NCBI GenBank assembly: GCA_965242595.1
Contig: OZ251464.1
Span: 1,188,301 to 1,252,300 of the forward strand
Direction: 5' to 3'
Origin: Alphaproteobacteria bacterium
Lineage (GTDB): Bacteria > Pseudomonadota > Alphaproteobacteria > SP197
DNA: 64,000 bases
Shown here: in pieces, positions 33,450-41,992 of the stretch
How positions within the stretch are numbered: the stretch's first letter is position 1
Layout of the letters: each line of letters begins with the position of its first letter
Position numbers and translations under genes: made by a program
The notes under the pieces: model-generated
Told to the model about the DNA's origin: nothing
The model's input: the letters and a program-made list of their open reading frames with translations, nothing else
The model's database searches: none

Positions 33450-35798
33450 ATGGGGCTGGACGGGGTCGAAATCGGCCTTCTGATCGTCTTCGCCTGCCTG
33501 TTCGCCGGCATTCTCTCCGGCTATCCGGTGGCCTTCGCCATCGGTGGCGCGGCGCTGGCCGCCTTCGCCATCCTGGCGCTGCTGGGCGATGCCGGCTGGC
33601 TGGTGCGCGAGACCATCGACGACCGCAGCGACGCCTATCGCGCCCTGGTGGAAAGCGGCGTCAGCGAGCACGCCATCACCCTGTTCCGCTATCCCGATCT
33701 GCCCACCTATGCCGCGCCGCTGTTCGAAGGCGGCGCCGAGGGCGCCTTCTTCCGCACACTCGCCTTCGTCGTCAACCGCATGAACGAGCGGGTGCTGGCC
33801 GGCCAGTCGATCGAAACCCTGCTGGCGGTCGCCATGTTCGTGCTGATGGGGATCGCGCTGGAACGCTCGCGCATCGCGCAGGATCTGCTCACCACCATGG
33901 CGCGGGTGTTCGGCGCTCTGCCGGGCGGGCTGGCGGTGTCGGTGGTGGTGGTGGGCGCCTTTCTAGCGGCATCCACCGGCATCGTCGGCGCCACCGTCGT
34001 CACCATGGGCCTGCTGTCGCTGCCTACCATGCTGCGCCACCGCTATGCGCCGGAGCTCGCCACCGGCATCATCTCCGCCTCCGGCACGCTGGGCCAGATC
34101 GTGCCGCCCTCCATCGTCATCGTGCTGCTGGGCACGCTGGCGGGCGATCTCTACGCCACCGCCCAGGAAAAGCGGGCGCTGGCCGCCGGCTGCCCCGACG
34201 CGCTCACCTATCTGGGCGAGGCGGCGGTGGTCTCGGTCGGCACCCTGTTCAAGGCGGCGATCGTGCCCGGCCTGATGCTGGCTCTGCTCTATGCCGGCTA
34301 TGTCTTCGTCTATGCCCTCATGCGCCCCCACAAGGCGCCGCCGGTCCCGGCCGCTGCCGCAGGCGGGGGCGCCACCGTCGCCCTGCCGGCCAGGCTGCTG
34401 TGGCTGCTGGCCGTTCCGGCCATCGCCGTCGCCCTGGCCGGCGGGCTGTTCACCTTCGGCATGGCCGGGCCGCAGGCGCCCGATATCGCCGCCCTGCAAG
34501 GCCAGCCCCCGGCGCCGCAGCTGCGCACCCATGTCGATGAGCGCTGCCAGGCAGCGATGATCGAACTCCACGGCCAACAGGCGTGGGATCGGTCCGTGGC
34601 GGCGCAGGCGGCGCTTGCCGCCCTGGAAACCGCGCCGCCCGAACCGGAGGAGCTGGCCCGCCTGGAAGCCGAAGCGCTGGCCGCCGTGGCGCCACTGGCC
34701 GAAGGCATGGTGGTGGCGATGCTGTTTCTGGCCCTGGTCCTGGCGGTGGCGCGGGGCGTGGCGCCGGATGCGCCGGTGCTGCCGCTGCTGGCCGGCGGCG
34801 GCGGCATCCTGGCGGTGCTGGCGGCCGATGCCCTCTGGGTCGGCCCTCACACCAGCCCCGGCACGGCGGCGCTGATCTATGCGCCACCCTTCGCCGCCGT
34901 CCTCTACGGGCTGCGCCACGCGCTGAAACGGCTGGCGGCGGTGGAGCTGCTGCGGGTGGTGTTCCCGCCGCTGGTGCTGATCGTGGCGGTGCTGGGTTCC
35001 ATATTGGGCGGCATCACCAATCCCACGCCGGCGGCGGCGCTGGGCGCGGCCGGCGCGCTGATGCTGGCCGCCCATCGCAAGCTGGCAGAGGCCGGCAGGC
35101 GCCAGGGCATGCGCTTCATCCTGATGGCGGCCTTCGCCATCGTCGTCTTTCTGCTGGTGGGCGTGAACTTCGACCTCAGAACCTCCATCGAGGAGGTCGG
35201 TTTCGAAAACTGGACCGCCTTCGCGGTTGCGGCCCTGGCCTATCACCTGGCCTTCGCCGGCTTGGTCTATGCCTGCTGGGTGCTGCTGAGGGGCGGCGTT
35301 CTGACCTCGGTGGTGCGCGATACCGCCAAGGTCACCGCCATGGTGTTCGCCATCCTGATCGGCTCGCAGATGCTGAATCTGGTGGTGATCTCGTTCGGCG
35401 GCGAAACCTATATCCAGGATCTGCTGCGCTCCTTCGACGAGGAATGGATGGTCTTTCTGGTGGTGATGGCGGTGCTGTTCGTGCTGGGCTTCGTGCTCGA
35501 TTTCCTGGAGATCATCTACATCGTCATCCCCATCGTCGGCCCGGTGATCTATGGCGGCGCGCTGGATCCCAAATGGGTCACGATCATGATCGCGGTCAAT
35601 CTGCAAACCTCGTTCCTCACCCCGCCCTTCGGTTTCGCCCTGTTCTATCTGCGCGGCGTGGCGCCTCCCGGCATCACCACCGGCCAGATCTACCGCGGCG
35701 TCGTGCCCTTCGTCGTCATCCAGATGGTGGGGCTGGCCCTGATGTGGCTGGCCCCGGAGATCGTGACCTTTCTGCCAGACCTGCTGCCGGAAAACTGA
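33450..35798 (+). CDS. dctM: TRAP transporter large permease (DctM family) with a long Ala/Pro-rich inserted loop
   Basis: 782 aa, many transmembrane helices with DctM-like N- and C-terminal halves, and a roughly 200-aa low-complexity insertion in the middle. Confidence 0.8.
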   Translation: MGLDGVEIGLLIVFACLFAGILSGYPVAFAIGGAALAAFAILALLGDAGWLVRETIDDRSDAYRALVESGVSEHAITLFRYPDLPTYAAPLFEGGAEGAFFRTLAFVVNRMNERVLAGQSIETLLAVAMFVLMGIALERSRIAQDLLTTMARVFGALPGGLAVSVVVVGAFLAASTGIVGATVVTMGLLSLPTMLRHRYAPELATGIISASGTLGQIVPPSIVIVLLGTLAGDLYATAQEKRALAAGCPDALTYLGEAAVVSVGTLFKAAIVPGLMLALLYAGYVFVYALMRPHKAPPVPAAAAGGGATVALPARLLWLLAVPAIAVALAGGLFTFGMAGPQAPDIAALQGQPPAPQLRTHVDERCQAAMIELHGQQAWDRSVAAQAALAALETAPPEPEELARLEAEALAAVAPLAEGMVVAMLFLALVLAVARGVAPDAPVLPLLAGGGGILAVLAADALWVGPHTSPGTAALIYAPPFAAVLYGLRHALKRLAAVELLRVVFPPLVLIVAVLGSILGGITNPTPAAALGAAGALMLAAHRKLAEAGRRQGMRFILMAAFAIVVFLLVGVNFDLRTSIEEVGFENWTAFAVAALAYHLAFAGLVYACWVLLRGGVLTSVVRDTAKVTAMVFAILIGSQMLNLVVISFGGETYIQDLLRSFDEEWMVFLVVMAVLFVLGFVLDFLEIIYIVIPIVGPVIYGGALDPKWVTIMIAVNLQTSFLTPPFGFALFYLRGVAPPGITTGQIYRGVVPFVVIQMVGLALMWLAPEIVTFLPDLLPEN

Positions 35799-36525
35799 CC
35801 CGCCCCAGCTCGCGCCAACCGCCGGCCTCCAGCGCCTCCAGAGGGCGAAAACGGACCTTGTAGTCCATCTTCGGCGAGCCTTCGATCCAATAGCCCAGAT
35901 AGACATGGCCCAGGCCCAGGGCGCGCGCCCTGGCCACATGCCACAGGATCAGCCAGGTGCCCAGGCTGCGGCGCGCCAGCCCCGGTTCGTAGAAGGTATA
36001 GACGGCGGAAAACCCGTCGCTCAGCCGGTCGGTCAGCGCGGCGGCGACCAGCCGGCCGCTGCCGTCGCGGGCCTCCACCAGCCAGGTGGCCACCGGCGTT
36101 TCTTCCACCATGGCGCGGAAATCGGCGAACGACATCGCCGCCATGGCGCTGCCCGCATGATGCGCCCGCTGATAGCGCGCGAACAGCGCATAGTGTTCGG
36201 GCGTGGCCACCGCCGCCGCAGCGCGGACCTCCAGATCGCCGTTGCGCCGCCAGCTGCGCCGCTGCGAGCGCGACGGGCGGAACCTGGCCACCGGGATGCG
36301 CACGGGAACGCAGGCCCGGCAGCCCGCGCAGACCGGGCGATAGGCAAAGCCATGGCTGCGGCGAAACCCGGCCCCTACCAGCCGGTCGTGAAGGGCGCCG
36401 GCATCCGCCAGCCCCAGCTCGGTGACAACCTTGCTCTCCGCCCGCCCCGGCAGATAGGAGCACGGCTCTTCGCGGGTGCCGAAGAAGAAGACAGGCCCGC
36501 CGCCACTCTCATGTACCCTCGCCAC
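35716..36525 (-). CDS. bpt: arginyl/leucyl-tRNA-protein transferase (Bpt/Ate1 family)
   Basis: Bpt signatures CSYLPGR, GFRRSHGF and CxxCRxC (CAGCRAC), plus a GNAT-like C-terminal half. Start is GTG at 36525 or TTG at 36531. The 3' end overlaps the convergent dctM by 83 bp. Confidence 0.75.
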   Translation of the reverse strand: MARVHESGGGPVFFFGTREEPCSYLPGRAESKVVTELGLADAGALHDRLVGAGFRRSHGFAYRPVCAGCRACVPVRIPVARFRPSRSQRRSWRRNGDLEVRAAAAVATPEHYALFARYQRAHHAGSAMAAMSFADFRAMVEETPVATWLVEARDGSGRLVAAALTDRLSDGFSAVYTFYEPGLARRSLGTWLILWHVARARALGLGHVYLGYWIEGSPKMDYKVRFRPLEALEAGGWRELGRVSFPAAGLAERSRSPGPATSGPAPPSG

Positions 36526-36541
36526 GGCCAATCTATAACCA

Positions 36542-36552
36542 CCCCCCCCCCC
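36542..36552. repeat. C11 homopolymer (G11 on the bpt coding strand) about 12 nt upstream of the bpt start, at the island junction
   Basis: accCCCCCCCCCCCtcatcc read directly. Confidence 0.9.
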
Positions 36553-36633
36553 TCATCCACCATGCGCTTTGGCGCCTTCCGGGTGTGAATGACAACGGAA
36601 CGAGACACAAACATAGGGTGTAGGAGGGATGAA

Positions 36634-39600
36634 TCATGAGAGGTCAGGCTGCGGCGCCGTCGTCTCGCCATCCGACATCTCTTCGTCTGCCCCAGCCTCA
36701 ACGGCCTTGCGAGACTTTCGATCCTCTTCAAGAAGTCGCTCGAGTTGGTCGTGGATCCTTTTGGCAGTAGCATCGGGGTTCCGAAACCAGTCGGTCGACC
36801 AGACCCGAAGAATCGTCCAGCCAAGCTCCTCCAGCACAGCTTGGCGGAGCTTGTCGCGATCACGTGCCGTCGCTGAGGAATGATACCGAGCTCCATCGCA
36901 CTCAATGCCCGCAAGATAGTTCCCAGCAGCGTCAGGATGGATGACTCCAAGATCCACGCGAAAACCGGATACCCCGATCTGGGTGCGGATTTCCCATCCC
37001 TTTGCGCGAAACGCCTCAGCCACCGCTTCCTCGAAAGGGCTCTCCGCGGGACCGAGGGAACCTTCATCACGAGAAAACAGTGCGATGGCCCCTCGCTCTG
37101 CGTAGTCAAGAAAGCTCTTGAGGTGTTTTACCCCGTCGGCCCGTGTGCGTCCGAGATCGACCTGTTCAGCCTGGATCGAAGAAAAGACATGAAGCTCGCG
37201 GCGTGCTCGGGTGATAGCGACATTGAGGCGTCTCTCCCCTCCTGTATCGTTGATTGGGCCGAAGTTCATCGTAAGTTTACCGGCACGATCAGGTCCAAAG
37301 GTGATTGAGAATAATATCACATCGCGCTCATCTCCTTGGATGTTTTCGAGATTTTTCACAATGACTGGTTCCTCGCGCTCATCTGAAAAAAACCATTCCA
37401 GGCGAGGATCTTTTCGACAAATCTGGTCGAGAAAATCCTGGACCAGAGACTGCTGTTGAATATTGAAGGTAATGACACCAAGGCTATGGCGATCACTTTC
37501 AGGGACCGCAAGCCAATCCGTGAGGCGCTGCCTCACTACTTCAGATATTGCCTTCGCCTCCTTCTCATTCACGCGAGCCTGCCCCCGCGCGTACACTCCG
37601 TCGACTTTGTGGAATTTGACCGCTTTGGAACCGGTAGAAGGTGCCGGGAAAGTAACAAGCCTGTCATTGTAGTAAAAGTGGTTGGAGAAGGCGATGAGAG
37701 CCTCGTCGCGACTCCGGTAGTGCCATTCGAGGCGTCGCTGGCGAACTCCTGCGGTCAAGACTTCTTCCAGGATTGATGGTAAGTCGCGTTCAAACTCCAG
37801 AAAATCTTCATCTTCGTCATCGGCACGTCCAAAGAAATACGTCGGTGGAAGTTGCATAGGATCACCTACAACGATTGTCTGACGAGCTCGTGCAATGGCG
37901 CCGATTGCATCCCAGGTCGTGATTTGAGAGGCCTCGTCAAAAATGACAAGGTCGAAGGTCGTGTGATCTGCTGGGAGATACTGGGCTACAGACAGAGGAG
38001 ACATCAACACACACGGCGCAAGTTTTCCGAATGTCTTTGGAAGATTTGTCAGAAGTTGACGAATCGGCATGGAGGGGCGTTTGAGTCCAAGTTGGTGTCG
38101 GAGAATTCCGGGTTCAGATCTCCTTGTCACAACGTCTTTCGCCGGGAGCCCGTGGTCAATACGTCGCATCACCTCAGCAGGCGCAAGCTCCGCCGCGATA
38201 CCATCGAGTTTGCGGAAGTTCTCAACAACGTTTCTATGCTTCCAATGGATGAAGCGTCGAAGCTCGTCGCTTGCATCCATTGCAAGAGGTAGCCACCAAG
38301 CTGCATAAGACTGTTCGAATGCCTCTTCCGCCGACCCTTCGATTAACCCAGACTCAAGTGCCTCAAGTAGTGGACCTAGCCCACGTTGTTTCGCACGATT
38401 GGATTTTTCTACCCACTGGGCCCAGTCAACAAGGTGTGCGCGCTCGGTCACAATGGTAGACAGAGCTACCTCAATCTCCGTAACGCTCAATCCATTAGGA
38501 ATCACACCACCCTTTTGTGCAAAAGCATGAATTCCTTCACGGATTTCTTCTTCTGCAGAGAGATACGCTTTGAGAACATCGAGAAGAGCCCCGGGGGAAG
38601 CTGAACCAAGGGTGTCCATAGCCGACTCAAAGCGAATCGAATTTTCTGCTTCTGAACGTAGATTGGATACAGCTTTCCGAAATGTGATAGCCTGTCGCAC
38701 GACTTCCGTCGATTGTGTCACATCCGTTCCATCAAGAGTTTTAGCAACCTGTTCAATGGGGTTTTCGTGGATAGCACGATCTCGCTCCTGCACCACGAAA
38801 AGTGCTTTCAAGTCCACGCTAGGATCGGCTAAACCGCTGTCAGCGTAGGTTTGTAGAAGTTTCCGAACCTTCTTCTGTGCAAAAATGGAAATGGGCCAGA
38901 ATTTCGCCTGAGCTTCGCGCCAACTTACGTCCAACTGCTCAAGAGCCATTCTTCGCACCGTATCAAGCGAATAGGTAGCCATTGTGCTGGACACCGCGGT
39001 GTCGCGTTCTCTAACATCTTTCGAAAATGCTTCAGCCAGCAGTGAGAGTTGCTCGGCAGGCAAATTGGGCACAGATGAGAAATCGAGTGCAGAGCTTTCT
39101 GTACGGGATGCGAGAGCCATGAGGCGTGTGCGACGCCCGCTCTCAAGGTTCGGATTTGAACAAAGGCCGAGCCCGCGGGCGAGTGCGTGTTCCGCCTGCC
39201 TCAAACGGGTAAGTGTCGCGCGGAGGGTCTCCACAACCTCAAGGAGTTCAGTTTCCCACTTGTGGGACCAATGCTCGCCGCGAACAAAAGAAAGGGCAGG
39301 TCTGTCCTTGACTACGTCATGCGTCTGCGCAAGTTCGACGGCAAGTGACACCAAGTTTCGGTAACTCTCCACATCATGTGCGTCCTTGGAGGTGAAAGAG
39401 AGTTCGAAGAGTGCCTTGCCGCGAGCGATACGAGTCACTGCTTCAAAGACGCTGAACCCTTGAGTTCCCTTGGCGTGGAGAGCCTGAACATAGGCATTCA
39501 AACGATCTCGTGACAGCTTCAAATCTTCAGTGACTCGGATCCACTTCTTTTCGTCTGTATCGGGGGAACGATCCCATCCGCGACCGAGTTGTGCAAGAAC

Positions 39601-41892
39601 CGATTTACGGTCGGTTTTGTTTGAGTGAAGTTCGAGTACTGCATCACCAAGGCCGGTTTTTGCCAAGCGGCGATGCACAACATCGAGCGCCGCCGCTTTC
39701 TCGGCAACGAAAAGCACAGTCATACCCTCACCCAGGCACTGGGCAATGATATTGGTGATGGTCTGGCTCTTTCCGGTTCCCGGCGGTCCGATGAGGACGA
39801 AGTCACGGCCCTCCGAAGCTGCAACGACTGCGGCAAGCTGTGAACTGTCCACCGACAACGGGGTAAGGAGGTCCCGTGGGGTGCGACGTTGATCAATCTC
39901 TTCTGGGGCGATATCGATGCCCGATTCAGATCTTTCGTGTGAGTATTCAGTCTCGCCGATAAGATATTTCACCAAACGATTCTTGCGAAGCTCCCTTTCG
40001 CGATCAACAAGATCTTTCCACATCAAATATTTTGCAAAAGAAAACGTCGAAAGTGCCAATTCCTCAACCACTTCGAAGCCTGTGATGTTGCGCACCTTGC
40101 GACGTATAGTGTCGAAAACAAGCGGAAGATCAATGCCACTCTCGTCGCGTGGTAACTCACCCTCAAGTTCCGGGATTCGAAGATCAAAGTCTCGCTTCAG
40201 GAACTCCAATAGAGTGAGATTAAATCGGACGTCGTCTTCGTGGTGCGCGATTCGAAAGGGAGATTGGGCGGAACGGCGTTCGAGTTTGGTTGGCACCAGG
40301 ATTAAAGGCGCATGATAAAGGCGCGTATCGCCTTCCGTCCTCTTCCAGCGCAGGAATCCTGCAGCGAGGAAGAGTGTGTTCGTGCCACCTTCCTGCATGT
40401 CGCTCTTTGCGCGGCGGTAGAGGGTTAGCAGGCGGCTATTCATCTCTTTGCTAGTGAGTGGAACGACGAGTTGACGACACTCGAAGGCATCACGAATTAC
40501 ATCTTCCTCTATTCGTTGCGCTTCTTGAGGGGAGACGGTACGGTTGCCAATAGGATCCTCGTCGTTGAGCGAAAGTGTGCGGAACTTCTTTCCGGCAGCG
40601 AGAGCGTCTTCGAGAGTGCCAACATCGGGGCAGCGCAGAGGCAGGGTCTGCTTACTTTCACGGTAGTTGAGAAGTCGATTACGAAGCGAGAGGTCAAGAA
40701 GCTTGCGCTGCCAGCGTTTGATTCGATCCTGGGGCGTGTCTGGTTCCTCTTCTCCAATCTCGCTCGGAAGAAGGCCGAAATCGGGTAATGGTGGAAGGGC
40801 GGCGGGTTTCACGTCGTCCGATGAGCTGGAATCGGGCGAATCCGGTGCTCTGTGGCTCGCGAGCGGGCGAATCCGCGCCGAACGGGAGCGCGAGATATCA
40901 ACTGCGATCACGAACTCCGGGTCGCGGTCCTCCGAGAAACGACGTCGGCCCTCGTCGACTGCTTGATCAAAACGAATCGAAGGTCGGCTGGTCAAGAGGG
41001 TAGTTTCGATTGGCACGAACTCCCGGGCTTGCACAGCCTTGCGGATGGCGACCACATCGGGCTCCGTCACATGGCCGAAATCTCGTTTGCAAACCCAGAC
41101 GCCGACCCAGGCATGACCTTGAGAGAACAGGACGACCGAATTGAGACCGGCAGCCTCGAAGGCTGCGGCAAGGAAAAGGGAAGAATCGAGGCAAGTCGCA
41201 AGACCCTCCCTTGTCATCCGGCCAGGGCTCCGAATTTTTTGACCCTCCCGTTCGAACGAGGTGGGTGGTTCGGCATATGTGAGTCCCAAGCCAGTGGTGG
41301 CCGACCAGATGGCGGCGGCAAGAAGATATGCACGCCTTGGGTCTCCAGACTGATAGCCGTTCATTGAACCGTCCCGGCCCGCGGCTTCCAGAATCCGCGC
41401 CGCGTCTTTCACCACATCTGCAATAGCCGAATCGTTCGGAGAGACGAACGCCGCAAGAATCTGGGCCATGTCGCCCACTCCACCCCACTCGTCGCGCGCA
41501 AGAAGGTCGATCTGGCACTTCTCCTTGAGTGTTGGAATGTCCTTTGCCTCTAAGCTGAACTCGAGTTCTCCAACCTCCGCTTCGTCGAGGCCTGCCAAGT
41601 GTTCGATATCGAGGGACGTGGTCATGTCGCGGACCGCGAACTCCTCCCCACTCCCGATCCGATCGACGTTCCATATCTTCTCTCGGATGACGGGCGGTGC
41701 GGAACGGAGCGTGATCCGCACATCCGTGAGGGCCTCAGCAGTAAGGTTGTTAATCGCGAGCCGCTCGATGATCGTGACGCCGTTCTGGGCGGAGGCAAAG
41801 TTGACCCTCCGCAAAACTTGATGCTGGAGAGATACGACGCCGGATTCCTTCTGCCCGCCGTGAACATCGATGTTGTTGTTATCGTTTGACAA
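36634..41892 (-). CDS. giant multidomain protein: TGc-like domain, DUF4011-like region, Upf1-like SF1B helicase, C-terminal Vsr/DUF559-like endonuclease; candidate defense helicase-nuclease
   Basis: Upf1-like SF1B helicase motifs: Walker A VLIGPPGTGKSQTI; FDLVIFDEASQIT (motif II); TIVVGDPMQLPP (III); YRSRDEALIAFSNHFYY (IV); QGDERDVILFS; NVAITRARREL (VI). DUF4011-like LLDLSLRNRLLNY upstream of the helicase. C-terminal GFRVDLGV...YLAGIECDGARYHSS..RDRDKLRQAVLEELGWTILRVWSTDW is DUF559/Vsr-like (REase_MTES_1575-type). N-terminal GLATCLDSSLFLAAAFEAAGL ... GHAWVGVWV ... PIETT looks like a transglutaminase-core Cys/His/acid triad. GC is about 50% against about 68% in the flanks. The listed ORF begins at a TTG at 41985; a better start is the TTG at 41890-41892, 8 nt after GGAGGAG (41901-41907), exactly where GC drops. 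Confidence 0.85.
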   Translation of the reverse strand: MSNDNNNIDVHGGQKESGVVSLQHQVLRRVNFASAQNGVTIIERLAINNLTAEALTDVRITLRSAPPVIREKIWNVDRIGSGEEFAVRDMTTSLDIEHLAGLDEAEVGELEFSLEAKDIPTLKEKCQIDLLARDEWGGVGDMAQILAAFVSPNDSAIADVVKDAARILEAAGRDGSMNGYQSGDPRRAYLLAAAIWSATTGLGLTYAEPPTSFEREGQKIRSPGRMTREGLATCLDSSLFLAAAFEAAGLNSVVLFSQGHAWVGVWVCKRDFGHVTEPDVVAIRKAVQAREFVPIETTLLTSRPSIRFDQAVDEGRRRFSEDRDPEFVIAVDISRSRSARIRPLASHRAPDSPDSSSSDDVKPAALPPLPDFGLLPSEIGEEEPDTPQDRIKRWQRKLLDLSLRNRLLNYRESKQTLPLRCPDVGTLEDALAAGKKFRTLSLNDEDPIGNRTVSPQEAQRIEEDVIRDAFECRQLVVPLTSKEMNSRLLTLYRRAKSDMQEGGTNTLFLAAGFLRWKRTEGDTRLYHAPLILVPTKLERRSAQSPFRIAHHEDDVRFNLTLLEFLKRDFDLRIPELEGELPRDESGIDLPLVFDTIRRKVRNITGFEVVEELALSTFSFAKYLMWKDLVDRERELRKNRLVKYLIGETEYSHERSESGIDIAPEEIDQRRTPRDLLTPLSVDSSQLAAVVAASEGRDFVLIGPPGTGKSQTITNIIAQCLGEGMTVLFVAEKAAALDVVHRRLAKTGLGDAVLELHSNKTDRKSVLAQLGRGWDRSPDTDEKKWIRVTEDLKLSRDRLNAYVQALHAKGTQGFSVFEAVTRIARGKALFELSFTSKDAHDVESYRNLVSLAVELAQTHDVVKDRPALSFVRGEHWSHKWETELLEVVETLRATLTRLRQAEHALARGLGLCSNPNLESGRRTRLMALASRTESSALDFSSVPNLPAEQLSLLAEAFSKDVRERDTAVSSTMATYSLDTVRRMALEQLDVSWREAQAKFWPISIFAQKKVRKLLQTYADSGLADPSVDLKALFVVQERDRAIHENPIEQVAKTLDGTDVTQSTEVVRQAITFRKAVSNLRSEAENSIRFESAMDTLGSASPGALLDVLKAYLSAEEEIREGIHAFAQKGGVIPNGLSVTEIEVALSTIVTERAHLVDWAQWVEKSNRAKQRGLGPLLEALESGLIEGSAEEAFEQSYAAWWLPLAMDASDELRRFIHWKHRNVVENFRKLDGIAAELAPAEVMRRIDHGLPAKDVVTRRSEPGILRHQLGLKRPSMPIRQLLTNLPKTFGKLAPCVLMSPLSVAQYLPADHTTFDLVIFDEASQITTWDAIGAIARARQTIVVGDPMQLPPTYFFGRADDEDEDFLEFERDLPSILEEVLTAGVRQRRLEWHYRSRDEALIAFSNHFYYNDRLVTFPAPSTGSKAVKFHKVDGVYARGQARVNEKEAKAISEVVRQRLTDWLAVPESDRHSLGVITFNIQQQSLVQDFLDQICRKDPRLEWFFSDEREEPVIVKNLENIQGDERDVILFSITFGPDRAGKLTMNFGPINDTGGERRLNVAITRARRELHVFSSIQAEQVDLGRTRADGVKHLKSFLDYAERGAIALFSRDEGSLGPAESPFEEAVAEAFRAKGWEIRTQIGVSGFRVDLGVIHPDAAGNYLAGIECDGARYHSSATARDRDKLRQAVLEELGWTILRVWSTDWFRNPDATAKRIHDQLERLLEEDRKSRKAVEAGADEEMSDGETTAPQPDLS

Positions 41893-41964
41893 TTTCTTCT
41901 CTCCTCCAGGCTTCCCCTTCGGGGGATCCCGGCTGCTCGACACCCCGAATGCGCCCCGCGAATC

Positions 41965-41992
41965 TTCTAAGGCCGAACGCAGCAATTTTCAA
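41965..41992 (-). promoter_or_regulatory. candidate sigma70-like promoter for the island gene (TTGAAA-N16-TTAGAA)
   Basis: On the minus strand: TTGAAA (complement of 41987-41992), a 16-nt spacer, then TTAGAA (complement of 41965-41970). It lies about 75 nt upstream of the proposed TTG start, and a small CCCCC-GAA-GGGG hairpin sits in the leader. Motif-by-eye only. Confidence 0.25.

Noticed and set aside
31293-35939. Listed 792-aa and 658-aa minus-strand ORFs antisense to the TRAP genes
   Set aside because: Shadow ORFs, Gly/Arg/Asp/His-rich, with no motifs. The plus-strand DctP/Q/M calls are well supported.
36375-37109. Listed 244-aa minus-strand ORF at the left island edge, and small plus-strand ORFs inside the island (for example 36629-36883, 37852-38292)
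   Set aside because: They overlap the giant helicase-nuclease gene out of frame or antisense and have no motifs. The island appears to encode a single protein.
41886-41891. Plus-strand TTGACA hexamer resembling a -35 box
   Set aside because: There is no acceptable -10 element 16-18 bp downstream, and it overlaps the proposed TTG start and RBS of the minus-strand island gene. Probably coincidental.
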